A stretch of DNA of 64,000 bases from Rhina ancylostomus (taxonomy: Eukaryota). A model generated the notes under the pieces. That model was not told where the DNA came from and made no database searches. It saw nothing but the letters and a program-made list of their open reading frames with translations. The position numbers were made by a program, and so were the translations under genes. Location of the stretch: positions 13,684,618 to 13,748,617 of the forward strand of contig JARFYF010000056.1 in NCBI GenBank assembly GCA_030265395.1, in the 5' to 3' direction. Of this stretch, positions 39,481-52,340 are shown piece after piece (the first letter of the stretch is position 1; each line of letters starts with the position of its first letter).

Positions 39481-41084
39481 AAACAAAAGTATTTTGTTAT
39501 TTATAAAAATGCCTGAAGCCATCATATTGTGGTGTTGTGTAATCATGCTTCTTTTTCTCTGTTTCTTCGAACACTTACATTGTTTCTTTCCCTCTGAACT
39601 TTCCCTATTGATCTCTCTCCTTCCAAAGCTGCTCTCTCTTGCTGCGGTAGTTTCGTGGGGTCCATTAGCCTACTGGCATCTCCACCAGTGGATTAGCTGA
39701 ACCGGTGCTTAAGTTCCGCTCTCATCCAGTTGCATAGACTCAGACCATTGGTCCCTCTCTTTGCCCAGCCTTGCCTACTTGCAAGCTTCTTGGCCACAGA
39801 GTGGAATGGTTGCCTGTTCACCTTCAGTGGTGCTCCTAGATACACCTGGTGCCCAGAGGTTCCAGCTGCAGCTATACTATCTGGGATGGGAACATGAGAA
39901 CACAGGGAACGTGTGACCTCCATCCTAGCTGAGAAAGATCTCCACCAGTTGGGATTTCACCTTCAACCCCGATGCCTTGCACAACCCCCATTTCTATCCC
40001 TCCCCCATTGGCAGCTGTGCTTCCAGTTGCTTGGGCCCCAAGCTCTTGAGTCCCTCTCCAAACCTCTCCACCTTTTTCTCCTGTAAGATATCCTTCAACC
40101 TCACCTCTTCCACCAATTTTCCAATCACTTATCTTACTACCACTACATTCAGCGGTGCCAAATTTTGTGTGATAGTCACGTCTTTTATTACGTTAAGGGC
40201 ATTATGAAAACGCAGGTAATTGTACTTTGGTGTGTGATTCTTCAGCCTGGCAATGGGTTTGTCCATGTGTTAGGTACCTGGTTGGTTACAAAAGCCAATG
40301 CAATAAAACTCNNNNNNNNNNNNNNNNNNNNNNNNNNNNNNNNNNNNNNNNNNNNNNNNNNNNNNNNNNNNNNNNNNNNNNNNNNNNNNNNNNNNNNNNN
40401 NNNNNNNNNNNNNNNNNNNNNNNNNNNNNNNNNNNNNNNNNNNNNNNNNNNNNNNNNNNNNNNNNNNNNNNNNNNNNNNNNNNNNNNNNNNNNNNNNNNN
40501 NNNNNNNNNNNNNNNNNNNNNNNNNNNNNNNNNNNNNNNNNNNNNNNNNNNNNNNNNNNNNNNNNNNNNNNNNNNNNNNNNNNNNNNNNNNNNNNNNNNN
40601 NNNNNNNNNNNNNNNNNNNNNNNNNNNNNNNNNNNNNNNNNNNNNNNNNNNNNNNNNNNNNNNNNNNNNNNNNNNNNNNNNNNNNNNNNNNNNNNNNNNN
40701 NNNNNNNNNNNNNNNNNNNNNNNNNNNNNNNNNNNNNNNNNNNNNNNNNNNNNNNNNNNNNNNNNNNNNNNNNNNNNNNNNNNNNNNNNNNNNNNNNNNN
40801 NNNNNNNNNNNNNNNNNNNNNNNNNNNNNNNNNNNNNNNNTCTACCTTTTTCTCTGGCACTACCCTGTAACTGTCTCTGACACCACCCTCTATCTCTCTG
40901 TCCCCTCTCTATCTCTTTGACTCATCTCTTGCTCTCTGAACCCTCTCTTTCTCTGCCAACTCTATCTGTCCCCTTCTCTCTCTGGTGTTGTACTGAGGCC
41001 TCTGCTTTCTTCCTGGTCTGTGCCCACTGACACTAATCCCACATAATCATTAACTCCCTCTCAGGTTCTCCCACACTTGCACAC

Positions 41085-41375
41085 TAATTCCACAATTTAC
41101 AGTGGCCAATTAACCTGCTAACCAGAGGAAACCCACACAATCACAGGGAGAACAGACAGACCCCACACAGACAGACCCGGATGGTAGAATTGAACCCAGG
41201 TCACTAGAGCTATGCTACATCTGCTGCCTTGCTATGTGATAGGGCCTTGGTTCAACATCTCATCTGACAGTGAAGCACTCCCTCAGTACTGCACTGGACC
41301 ACCAGCCTTGGGTATTTGCTTCAAGTCCCTGGAGTGGGATGTGATCTTCTGACCCAGCTTCTCACTGACACATGA
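41085..41375 (-). mobile_element. V-SINE fragment followed by a Deu-domain SINE fragment
   Basis: caatttacagtggccaattaacc...gaggaaacccacacaatcacagggagaac, then ctgacagtgaagcactccctcagtactgcactgga. Confidence 0.6.
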
Positions 41376-42199
41376 CGGGGGGTCTGGCAATGTTTCCCAT
41401 CAAACCAACCAATCTGCAAAACTGCTCCGTAGAGCTGAAAACCCTTGGGCCATTTGAGAAAGGAGGGCAGTGTTTAAAGGGTTAAGCAGAATGCCTGACA
41501 TCTGGGCAGCAGTCGTGCTCAGACGCTTGTTTTGATCACCAGGATAGCTTTATGGACTGACAGGAGAGAGCGAGCAGCAAATGAGCTCCAGCTGAGGGGG
41601 AAGGGGAGTGGGGAGGGGACCTTTCATCGCTTGGCTGCAAAGTATTTGAATAAAAAGATAGAGATGAGGATCTCAGATGTGTAGAGGGATACAAATATGT
41701 GCTACGTTTAATCTTCTCATATGAATGAAATGGAGGGAGTTAGCAAATCCTTTTGTCCCTGCCCAGTCCATACTCCGTGCCCGCCAGCCATTGGAATGTC
41801 CATGGCTTTAACCTTCATTGGAAATGATGCACTCAGCTCCAGCTGGTTAACTGGCAGCAGCTACTTTGAAAGTGGAAAATGCCATCTATTTTTATAATGG
41901 AAATAATTTGCTACAGGCTGGCAAAGGATCCTGGATTGTGTGGAGGGATGGTGGTGACAGTGGACTTGGGGGGAGCATTAGGTCTACACAGATTCTCACT
42001 TGGTAGTTGCAGGTAACTGGAGAGAAAATGGTGACTTAGCGGAGATTCCCATTAGGTTCTGGCTGGTCTTCCATCTTCTAGTATTGACTCCATGTTGGGC
42101 TTTCATCCCGCACATATTGCAGGATATTCCTAAGTGCAGGGAGTGTAGTGAATAAGGCAGACGAGGATTTGGTATGGTATCTGAGCAATTGCTGGAACC

Positions 42200-43555
42200 T
42201 GGCTTGAACAGGGGCAGGGATGTTCCTGGTTTCAAGGCTTTTAGATGAGCTGGAGAGGGGATATAATAAAGGAGGGCACTGGTAATATTGTTTAAAGAAA
42301 CAATTATCACTGTGTTAGGGAATAATATATCAGAAGAGTTGTCAATGAGCTTTATGGAATATACTATAATTACATAAAGAGCAAGAGAGTAACAAAGGAA
42401 AGAGTAAGGACTATTGGAGTCCAAAAAGATAACATATATTTGGAGGTGAAGGATGTTGTGGAGGTTCTTAATGAACACTTTGTGACTCTCTTCACAAAAA
42501 AGGCAGATGATACTGGAGCAACACAAAAATCGCTGGAGGAATTCAGCGGGTCAGGCAGCATCTAAGAAGGGAAATGGACAGTCGACTTCTCAGACCAGAT
42601 GAACGGTTTCGACCCAAAATGTCGACTGTCCATTTCCCTCCGTAGATGCTGCCTGACCTGCTGAGGTCCTCCAGCTCATTGTGTGTTGCCCCAGGTTCCA
42701 GCACCTGCAGTCTCCTGTGTTTCCAGATGACACTGATGCTGTATTTAAGGAGGAATTGTATGCAATACTGTATGGGATAAATGTGATAAGAGTAGTACTG
42801 AGGATTTTAACTTCTTTAGATAAATCGCCAGGTCCAAGTGAGGTTTACATAGGCTATTGAAAGGAGGAAGCTGTGGAAGCTCGGCACAAGTTTCCTAACC
42901 TCCCTGACTCCCGGAGCGGAAGAATGCTGATGTTGTACTGTTGCTAAATCGAGAGTGAAGGACAAAGTGAGTAATTACAGACCAGATAATTTAACGTTTT
43001 GGTCAGGAATAAAGGCAGTGTGTTTAACATAGTCTACATTTGGCAAACTGGTCAGAAGTGTAAAAGTCCATGGGATCCAAAGGAGAGGGCAAATTAGATC
43101 CAAGATTGCCCTGGTAGCAGGAAGCAAAGAGTAATGGTTGAAGGGTGTTTTTGTGACTAGAAGGCTGTTACCAGTTGAGTTCCATAGAGCTCAGCTCTTG
43201 GTTCATTGCTACTTGTGATATATATTAATGATTTCAGCTCATAAAGGGGGCATGATAAAAGTTTGTAGATAATACAAAACAATAGCTGTGTGGTTGTTAG
43301 AAGGGAAACTTCCAACTGTAGGGAGATGTTTTGTTGGACAGGAACTTGGCAAATAAAGCTCAATCCAGCGAAGCATGAGGTAATGCACTTGGGGAAGGAC
43401 AACACACTGAAGGAATGCACATTAAATGAGTGGAATGAAGAACTGAGGGATCTCAGTTTGTGTGTGTGCCACAGATCCTTAAAAGTGGTGGGATAGATTG
43501 ATAAGGTGGTTAAAAAATAATCATCCATGATGCTTTCCTTTATTAATTGAGGCTG
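42200..43555 (+). mobile_element. Decayed CR1 ORF2 with internal deletions
   Basis: Remnants of KSPGP, NYRP, VTS.VPQ.S.LG and WQIKLNPAKHEVMHLG; many stop codons. Confidence 0.75.
42513..42723. mobile_element. Penelope-derived fold-back element inserted into the CR1
   Basis: ~74-bp inverted arms (42513-42586 and 42621-42694), flanked by CAGATGATACTG and CAGATGACACTG. Confidence 0.75.
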
Positions 43556-46500
43556 AGAAAATAATGCATCACCACCAAACTAGCTCCTCCCTTCAGAGCC
43601 ATGTGCGTGCTCTCAGAACCCTCACCTCCCCCCACCCCTCTCCCTCCTCTGCTGTTTAGTGATCAGGAGCCTTTCCTGATAGCCATATCTTCAACCCAAA
43701 TAGGTAATTGCTTTATTATTGTCATGTGTACCGAGGTACAATGAAAAACTTGGCTTTGCATGCCACCCATGTGGATCATTTCATCACATCGGTCCATCGA
43801 GGTCATACAAGGGACCCCATGACCAGTGACAGGATCTGTTCCACTTGAGTTCTATTAATGCAGCATGATACAAGGCGATGTTGGGGACCTAAGACATTGA
43901 TGGACACTTTTGTGGACAAAGTCAGTGAGCTGAAATTGGATGGGATGGGGTAAGAGGATGGGGGTTGTGGTGGTGATATTGCATTTTGTAATCAATCCAT
44001 CATGATTCAGTCATTGATGCCCTGTGTTGCCCTGAGCCAAGGCCATGGAAAGACCGATGGATCGTGTCAGTGGACTTCTGTCTTCATTGTTACCTGGGCT
44101 GTGGGTGGTGTTGGCTGCATTGAACGCACACTCGGAGCACCTGCACACTCTCAGTCACCCTCCAGCACTGAGGGTGTCCCAGACGATGGCCCCACTACCA
44201 ACATCAGGGTACGTGGCAATGGGTGTTAAGCACTGGCCTTGTCAGACTCCCCCACATGTTTTGTCTGTGCATACTAAACAAAGGCCTCCCATGGTCTTTC
44301 TTTNNNNNNNNNNNNNNNNNNNNNNNNNNNNNNNNNNNNNNNNNNNNNNNNNNNNNNNNNNNNNNCACTGGCTGAAAGTTCTCCACACCTGAGTGGTAGT
44401 CAGTCATGTGGTGAGCATCTTCACCTGGGAACAGTTCCCTTTCAAGGTCTCCGACTACAACACTGGGGCCAACAGGGAGAAATATCTGAGGGATCCAGGG
44501 GCCTGAGGAACCACATACTAGGATGGCCCATTATATTCAGAGAACTAAGCCAGATATTTGATCTTCGGATAAATGTAAAAATTTAGCATTCCTCCTCCCC
44601 CACACTCCATGCCCCCATGCCAGCTACTTTCAATGGGCGATAGTATAGGAGGGGTGAGAGCACAAGGTGCTTGTGCTGAGGGCAGAGGCCGTTCTGCTGG
44701 TGCCAATTGTAGGTCAGCAAGAGCAGGGATGGGTGAGGGAGAAAGGTCAGTGAAAACCTTGTTCGTGATTGATAGACTGCAGTTGCCATGGGAGATGAGG
44801 AGATCCGGGGGGTGATGATAAATATGATTGAGAGTGCGAGGACAGACTGGCAGGGAACTTGGAGAAAAAAAGGGCAAAGTAAGTTTAAAATCATTAAGGA
44901 TAACTTGCTGCTCAATGCAGAGACTAATGGATGGAAACACGTGTTTGAGAAGGATCTAGGCTGGGACAGGCACACAGTGGATGAGCTTGTGTCTGAAGGG
45001 AAAGTCAAGAAGGATGAATCATGAAGTTTTAATCAGATTCAAAGGTCCAGAGGGGAGCAAAAGAATAAATGCAATTGAGAGGTAGTGTGGNNNNNNNNNN
45101 NNNNNNNNNNNNCTTGTTCAGGTACAAAACATCACCACCACAGGCCTAGATGCAGGTGGTGTTACAGCAGTTGTCTGCAATCAGGTTGTGGGCTCTCTGG
45201 GCCTGGATATTGAGTGAATAAGCATCTGGATGGAGGCCTGGAGGGACCAGTGACTGAGGAAAGTGGTAACGGTGGGTGGAATCCTCAAAGGGGCCGGCAA
45301 GTTCGATCCCAGTGGGTGCTCTACATGGGAAGTTTGGGGAGAGAGGAGGGTGGTACGGACACAATAGTTCCCTCCAGGTGCACCTTGAAGATGGGGTGGT
45401 ACCAAGAGATATTGTGCACTTTTTTCAAGGGTAGGCTCGGTCCAAACCTGGATCAATAGTCGACAGGGGAGGGGTTAATGTCATTCAATTGAATGGGACA
45501 CCAAATGGATTGACTGATAGAACAACCATGCCATGTTACTTCCTGATGCCTGAGCATTATCAAGTTTTTATCTAGATTTTTTTATAATTATACGTTTGCA
45601 GTTTTAATGCCACACAATATCAGTGGTTATGAGTATTANNNNNNNNNNNNNNNNNNNNNNNNNNNNNNNNNNNNNNNNNNNNNNNNNNNNNNNNNNNNNN
45701 NNNNNNNNNNNNNNNNNNNNNNNNNNNAAGGCAGAGGGACAGTGATTGGTTGAGGTGGGGAGCACAACATCTAAAAAGGGAGATCGGAAATATGGATGAT
45801 AGAAGGGGAAGTTCTAGCAGGGCTGTGAACATTTCTTGCAAAGTTTGGCTTGGTCCTCACTGAGTGTGCTGCATTTATCTAGGTTTTAACTAAAAATGAG
45901 GAAAATTTTAATTAGCATTTGCTATTTGGTTTAAATTGAAACTTTTGTTCTTTGTGTTCCCATCTTTATAGCTCAGTACTTTAAACTGGAAGATCTTAAT
46001 CAAGGACAGATTGAGAGCAGAGTATTCAAAACAACAAAAGAATTATCTTTACAGTTTCATAAGAATTTATCTTGTAAATATGAGGTTGGAATTCCCATTG
46101 CTGANNNNNNNNNNTTTGTTATGTACTGTGACGTTTGCAAACATCCTGGACAGCCACATCACACACTAAACAACAGGTAGAGGGATCTAGTACTAACATC
46201 TGCATTCACTCCTGGGCCCTCCTGTTCAGAAGATGCCACTGTAGTTATTCTTCAGAACCTTTATTTGACACCCATCATTTAGGGTCATCACAAGAACTTT
46301 TCCTAAATACAAGGCCCCTTAAAATAAACTTAAGTGGTGATACGTCAGGCAGTGATTGGACAGGACAGCAGTAAAAGATAAACTTTTATGCTCTGACCTC
46401 TTTATCAACCGGTTCTGGTTTTCTGAAGGTTCACAGAACAGAGCAATGGTTGGTCATAACAATAATCTGAAAATATTAATTTCTGATGATTGGATGTTTA

Positions 46501-46997
46501 ATATTTTGGTTTATTTTGACTGGTGTAATCAGGTTGGGTAATGGATTAGTATGGTCATCATGCTTCTGTCCTGGGTTGACTTGGTTGGGCCTTCAGTTTG
46601 CTCCTTATGCATTCTTGATCTGAATACAGAAACAGTGAGTTGATGTAAAAGCCAGCAGTGGCATCTTGACAGGAAGTGAGTCACTCTGGACTCATGGTTA
46701 CTAGCTCTGGTTGGATAAATTCTTGGGAGTTTAATCACATGACCTCTCACTTCCAATCGACCTGCTGGTCAAAAATCTTTTCCCTCATCTTCAATATTCT
46801 TACAAATAACTGTAAACAAATGTATTAAAGGCCATGACTGGTTACAATGGGGGTCAATCATGGGATGTTGTTCCCACTAGCAAATGGTTCAAGGACCACA
46901 GGGTAATTTTCAAATTTTGTTGAGGACTTACATAGGAATTGAGGAAAATCTTAATTTATGCAGAAGTTAGAAGAGGAATCAATCAGTGCCTTCAAAA

Positions 46998-47198
46998 AGG
47001 AGCAACAAACATTCCCCTGGAGGAACTCAGTGGGTCGAGCAGCATCTGTGGGGAGAAAGGAATTGTCAGGACAGATGCAGGGTTTCAACCCAAATTGCCG
47101 ACAATTCCTTCCCCCCACAGATGCTGCTTGACCCGTTGAGTTCCTCCAGCAGATTGTTTGTTGCTCCAGATTCCAGCATCTGTAATCTCTTGTGTCTC
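46998..47198. mobile_element. Penelope-derived fold-back element
   Basis: Inverted arms 47017-47067 and 47100-47149 around a decayed hammerhead-like core. Confidence 0.75.
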
Positions 47199-49574
47199 CT
47201 TCGAAAGGAAATTGGACATGAGGGAGAATCTGCTGCAGATCAGTGCGGAGAGAGCAGGGGAAATGGTGCTGACAGGATCACAATACGAGAAGTTAATGGG
47301 CTGAACAGCCTCCTTGCATACAGTAACAATTCTACAATAGTATGAAGTGAAGGAAACACTTTTTAATGCCCCTTGGATTTTTCTCTCCTCAGTTGTACAC
47401 AACAGTGTCTAGGAGATTAATCTTTTCTTTCCTGGAGAGTCCAAGAGAACGCAATGGAGGGCTGTGATTGGGAACTAGTCCTTGGCCAGGAATAAGGGCC
47501 CAGTGCGACCCACTGACAAACTGAAATGGAAAGTGTTTGGAAATGGAGCCCCTTCTGTCAAGGAATGAGTTGGAGTTCAGAACAGAATGAGGGAAGAATG
47601 CCAAAGGAAAATATGGCTTGGCCATCGGAGGGCTACTGCATGAGCAGGGGGAAATGCAAATATCAAGGTTAAAATTAGAGTCAATTTCTACCGAAAATTC
47701 ATTTCAAGATAAAAAAGAGACAGAGAGTTCAAATAAATCCAAAGCGGTGCCCAGTCCAGAGAGCATTTTATCCAAAGCTAAGAAGAAGTGCATGTTCTTG
47801 GGTTAATACCAACAGAAGTTTAATTTAAGCTGCTTTCAACTTAAGACGTGACTGTGCAAGGGAACCGCAGAAGCACAAATAAACGTCAGCAGATTTTATG
47901 AGGTGGTGCTTTTAGTGAAACATGTCGGTCCTGTCAGTGTGCAACCTGAGGTTCTTTTTGACCTGAAAGTAGTATTCAGCCCTGCTTTCATGAAAAGCTA
48001 AACAGAAAAGTGTTTAAAACTGTAAAAGTCAGAAGCTGACTGAAATCCCCCTCCCCTGGAGCACGGATATTGAATGCGTCGTGAGGAGCGGCCATTTTAT
48101 TTTTGTAAAGTGTTGCAATAGTAAAATCTGTTTTACATTAGTATCATCTGCTCTGCAATAAGGATGAAAGGAAGACGAATTAAAGACAGCCATTGAGCTC
48201 TGCAGTGGTTATTGGGGATTGAATCCAGACCTTTTTCTTGGGGTTTTGGATTTGAGTTAAAAAGATTCTAATTTTGACAGCCAAATAAAGGAAATGCTGA
48301 ATGCTTGACAGCCTAGATAGAGGATGTTGACTGTAGGTTCAAAGGTTATCTGTCTCTAGAGAGCTAAAAGCAGTTTAACTAGCTTTTAATTTTATTTTGA
48401 CTTCATCTCCCCTCTTGCAGTTTTGCAGTGACACCTTAATGAAATGCACTTTTATTGTGAAGACCCTAGTCACACGGGCTTGAAATATCCCAGAGAAAGT
48501 ACTCTCATCACCCTCAGAGGTACAAACATCCCTTCAAGTGCTTGGGAGGTGGTACACCTGATGGAAGAAGCAGTGTATCAGGGTGGAAGGTTGGGCATTG
48601 TTAGATGGCAAGGCTGGGTGCATGTTTCTTCCCTGGAGTCCTTCATTTCATTTGCTTCTCCCCTCCCTCAATTTCAGGGCCCCCACCTCCCCTTTCCCTC
48701 ATCTTGCAACCGTTTCCTCTCCTTATTACCTAAGGACGCCGGCTGGCACTATGGTACAGCTCCATAGACAATAGGTCATTCCCCTCACTGAAACACTTCA
48801 CCCAGATGACTTTTCTTTTCCCATTGACAGTTGGCACTGGACTATTCAACTGCAGAGCTGTCATGGCTGATGCAGAACTAGAGCAACAATTTTGCTTTGC
48901 ATTTCTAACAGCTTAAACATTACCTCACTGTAAGAATGTCCTAGATATGACTTTCCACTTATTCATCCAAACTGAGCTGAATGATATTGTATTCATGGCA
49001 GCACCAAAGCACTCAAACAAAAATCAATTGTCCTGTGTTAAATATTGAAGAATACAGACAATGGCTGAGATGCATTAACCAGAATATTTATTTTTTTTAT
49101 TCAAGATGTACAAAACTTACATTAAACCATTGAATGTTACGCACACAGCAGTATATCACGACATGCTAAGGGGTCCCCCTGACTGTAATTATTCCTTAAT
49201 ATTGATCAGTGGCAGAGTTGCCATTGTGAGGGGTAGCCTTTTCAAGCGAGAGGTAGAATGCTATTAAGTATTTTGTGAAAGAGCATGCAGAGACAGAGGT
49301 AAGAAGCGTAGGGGTGACAAATAACAGAAACTATAAGTTAGAACCAGATGCACAGTCCATGGATGAGAAAGCAAAAGCACTTTCGGAAGAATGCTGTCCA
49401 ATTATTAAAAGGAATCAAAATCTACTGCTTTACCTGGGTGCCGCTAACAGCACACGGGAAATGAAAGGCAGTCTCCACGGAGGTCAGGCTTATTGACTGA
49501 AGCAAGTTTGGGTCGGAATATGGGTTGTCGGAGTTCCTCAGCCGATATGTAAGAGAAGTTCGAAGATTTTTCCA

Positions 49575-49656
49575 CACACAGTCTAACCAATGTGCAGACT
49601 ACTGTACAATAGCATCGACCTGAACAGGTAGTCTGAACACTGGGGAGACAGAGTGG
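49575..49656 (-). ncRNA. mir199: pre-miR-199, antisense in the dnm1 intron (positional orthologue of miR-199b)
   Basis: The - strand has exact miR-199-5p CCCAGUGUUCAGACUACCUGUUC (49644-49622), a 16-nt loop, and miR-199-3p ACAGUAGUCUGCACAUUGGUUA (49605-49584). The intron after the first PH exon is the known location of miR-199 in dynamin genes. Confidence 0.98.
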
Positions 49657-51600
49657 GATTGTAGTCTTTTTTTTTCCACACAGGCTAGACTTTCTGGGTC
49701 TCCCAGCAAGCTTTAAGAGCGCAGACAACTCTTCTCACTGTAGCACCAGCTCTTCCCTCGTTTCCTTCACTTCTGCAAGGATTGACGTGGCAGTTTCAAG
49801 TGATCTATGATGAGGGGGGGTGGGGTGGGGGAAGCGGGCGGGCTGGGGGGGACGCTGGTGAGGACGAGAGAGAGGAAGAAAGAGAGCTGGAGGAGGCGCT
49901 GACTGGTGGTAAAAGGGTTAAAGGTGAAGGTGCATAAGCCGTATAAGGGAAAGGTCATCCCATGGGGATTGGAGTTCCAAAAACTGTGGATATAGAAACT
50001 GTGGAATGTTAAATTTTTTTGGCACTCACTGCATTTGTAAAGGTTCCATATGTTTTCTGATCACCCATAGGGGTTGTTCCTTCTCTGCCTGTCCTGCAGA
50101 CCAATAAAGAATATTATCCAGGCGTAATTCCTCACTGCTTTTAAAAAAAAGACCTTGCAGCTACACTGAGAGAGGGGGAAAACTAAAATAAAGAAACTTA
50201 ATTTCTTTCAGAACAGTGGAAAGAATTTACTCCATTAACTGCTTGCAATATAGAGTTTCATCACTCTGTATACAAGCTGATTATTAAAAAAATTGACCGA
50301 ATTCATTCCAAAATTGACCTGATGGTCATGTGCAGTGCATATTGTTGGTCAAATTATATCATTATATTATGGAAATGAGATTGAGAGGAATGTAAAATTA
50401 ATTCGAGAATATTTAACTCTTTCGAAAATGCAGCCTTCAGCTGTGTTTGAATTGCCTTCAGCGGATCTAATATTTGAATCCCCTTTGTTATCAAGCCTGC
50501 GACCTCCTACCCCACAGCCCAAACTCCGTACACTCCCTACTTTTTGGGATTGACAGTTAGTTTTTCTTTCTCTGTAAAATTAATTCAGGTAGAAGGTAAG
50601 TCAGCCAGCAAGTTGTATTTACGAGACATGGCTTTACAGATTCACCAGATTCAGCGTGTGCACCTTCCTCTCAAGGTGAAAATCCACTCAAACCCAGGCC
50701 GAGCCAGGGTTGTTTGACTCCCTGTGGCCACTGGTCCTGAGGTTAAATGCCGCTCACTTGGAATTTGATCCATTCTGATGTTACATAATCGCAGGAATCC
50801 ACTGATCAAACATTTTCAATAGTTAGAAATCTCAAGGACATATTTCCCTTTATCTCCTTTTCATTTTTTCTTTCTTTTCATCATTTAAAAAATTTTTTAT
50901 TCTTTTTTCTCCCTCTCTTTTTGCTTTGTTCTCTCTTTTCTCCATGTCTCCATCTTTACCCCACTCCCCATTCAGTCATCGTCCAATCTGTCTGCTCAGC
51001 TGTTTGAAATGTATATTCCTACAGATGTTCAGTGAGTGACAAATTTGACGAAAGCAACTCCATCAAAGTCAACACCCTCCACCATTCCGGTTGGAGGTCA
51101 TAAATAACTTGCCTTACCGAAGGAGTCAAATGGTGCCTTCAGGTTAATTTTACCCTTCTCTCAATCTCATTTCTTTTACATAATGGTGAAATTTGACCAA
51201 CAGTTGGAATCGTTCTAACTTTTTGAGCAGTTCTTTGTCTATGTCTGTTTCTGGACTGACTGCTCACAGGACTACTTACTCTGGGTGTGTAGGGGTGGTT
51301 ATGAAGTTGAGAGCAGAGGAGGAGGTGAGTTTAATCTGCTTCTAGCCGTGAGGCATATTTCCATAAAGCAGACAGTCACAAGCCTGGCTAACTCTAGCAT
51401 TTATTCCTAAAGCAGGAAAACAGCCCCAAGCCAAAATCAGGAATTCTGCCTTGAATTTTTTGAAATCTGAAACTAAGTTACTACATTGGCTGGTGCTGAG
51501 CTATACTTCAAGTGGAATAATTGGCTGTTAGATATCTTCCAGAATCCAGATAGATGTTGCTCAAGACACATATTACTAAAAATTTGAAAGGAGATGAAGG

Positions 51601-51635
<35 letters not shown>

Positions 51636-51759
51636 CTTGTCCCTTCTGAATCATAAGGTTATGACTTCAAGTTTCATTCCTGTGACCTAAACTCAGCATC
51701 CACGGTGATGTGACAGGCCTGAAGGAGCACTGCATTGTTGGATGTACCAATAAATCTGC

Positions 51760-52340
51760 CAAAGGAACTCAACAGGTCGAGCAGCATCTGTGGGAGCAAA
51801 GGACTTGTTGACGTTTCATGTTGAAACCCTGCATCAGGACTCATGATGCCCTTCCATAGATACTGCCCAACCCACNNNNNNNNNNNNNNNNNNNNNNNNN
51901 NNNNNNNNNNNNNNNNNNNNNNNNNNNNNNNNNNNNNNNNNNNNNNNNNNNNNNNNNNNNNNNNNNNNNNNNNNNGATGCCCTTCCATAGATACTGCCCA
52001 ACCCACGGTGTTCCTCCAGCGGATTGTTTGTTGCTCCAGATTCTAGCATCTGCAGTCTCCTTCATCTGCATTGTTGGATCTGTCATCTTTTGGATAAGAT
52101 GTTGAATGAAGAGAGGGCATGCTTTCCTTATTCTTCTATCCAATCAACAGAGTCGCTAAAACAGAAAGTAGAAAATGCTCTAAATACTCAACAGGTCAGG
52201 CAGCATCCATGGAGAGGAGAACAAAGTTTCAAGTCAACAACCTTTCATTGTGAATTCTGATGAGTCATCATCATCCTGACATATTAAATTTGACTCACTC
52301 TCCATGGAAGCTGCCTGACTTTCTGTCTATTCATTTTCTA
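51760..52340. mobile_element. Cluster of Penelope-derived terminal repeats / fold-backs
   Basis: ggaactcaacaggtcgagcagcatctgtggg...acgtttcatgttgaaaccctgcatcaggac; second fold-back at 52160-52340. Confidence 0.65.

Noticed and set aside
42513-42694. Long hairpins as novel pre-miRNAs (also 47017-47149)
   Set aside because: The arms are multi-copy Penelope-derived repeat sequence; reported as fold-back elements instead.
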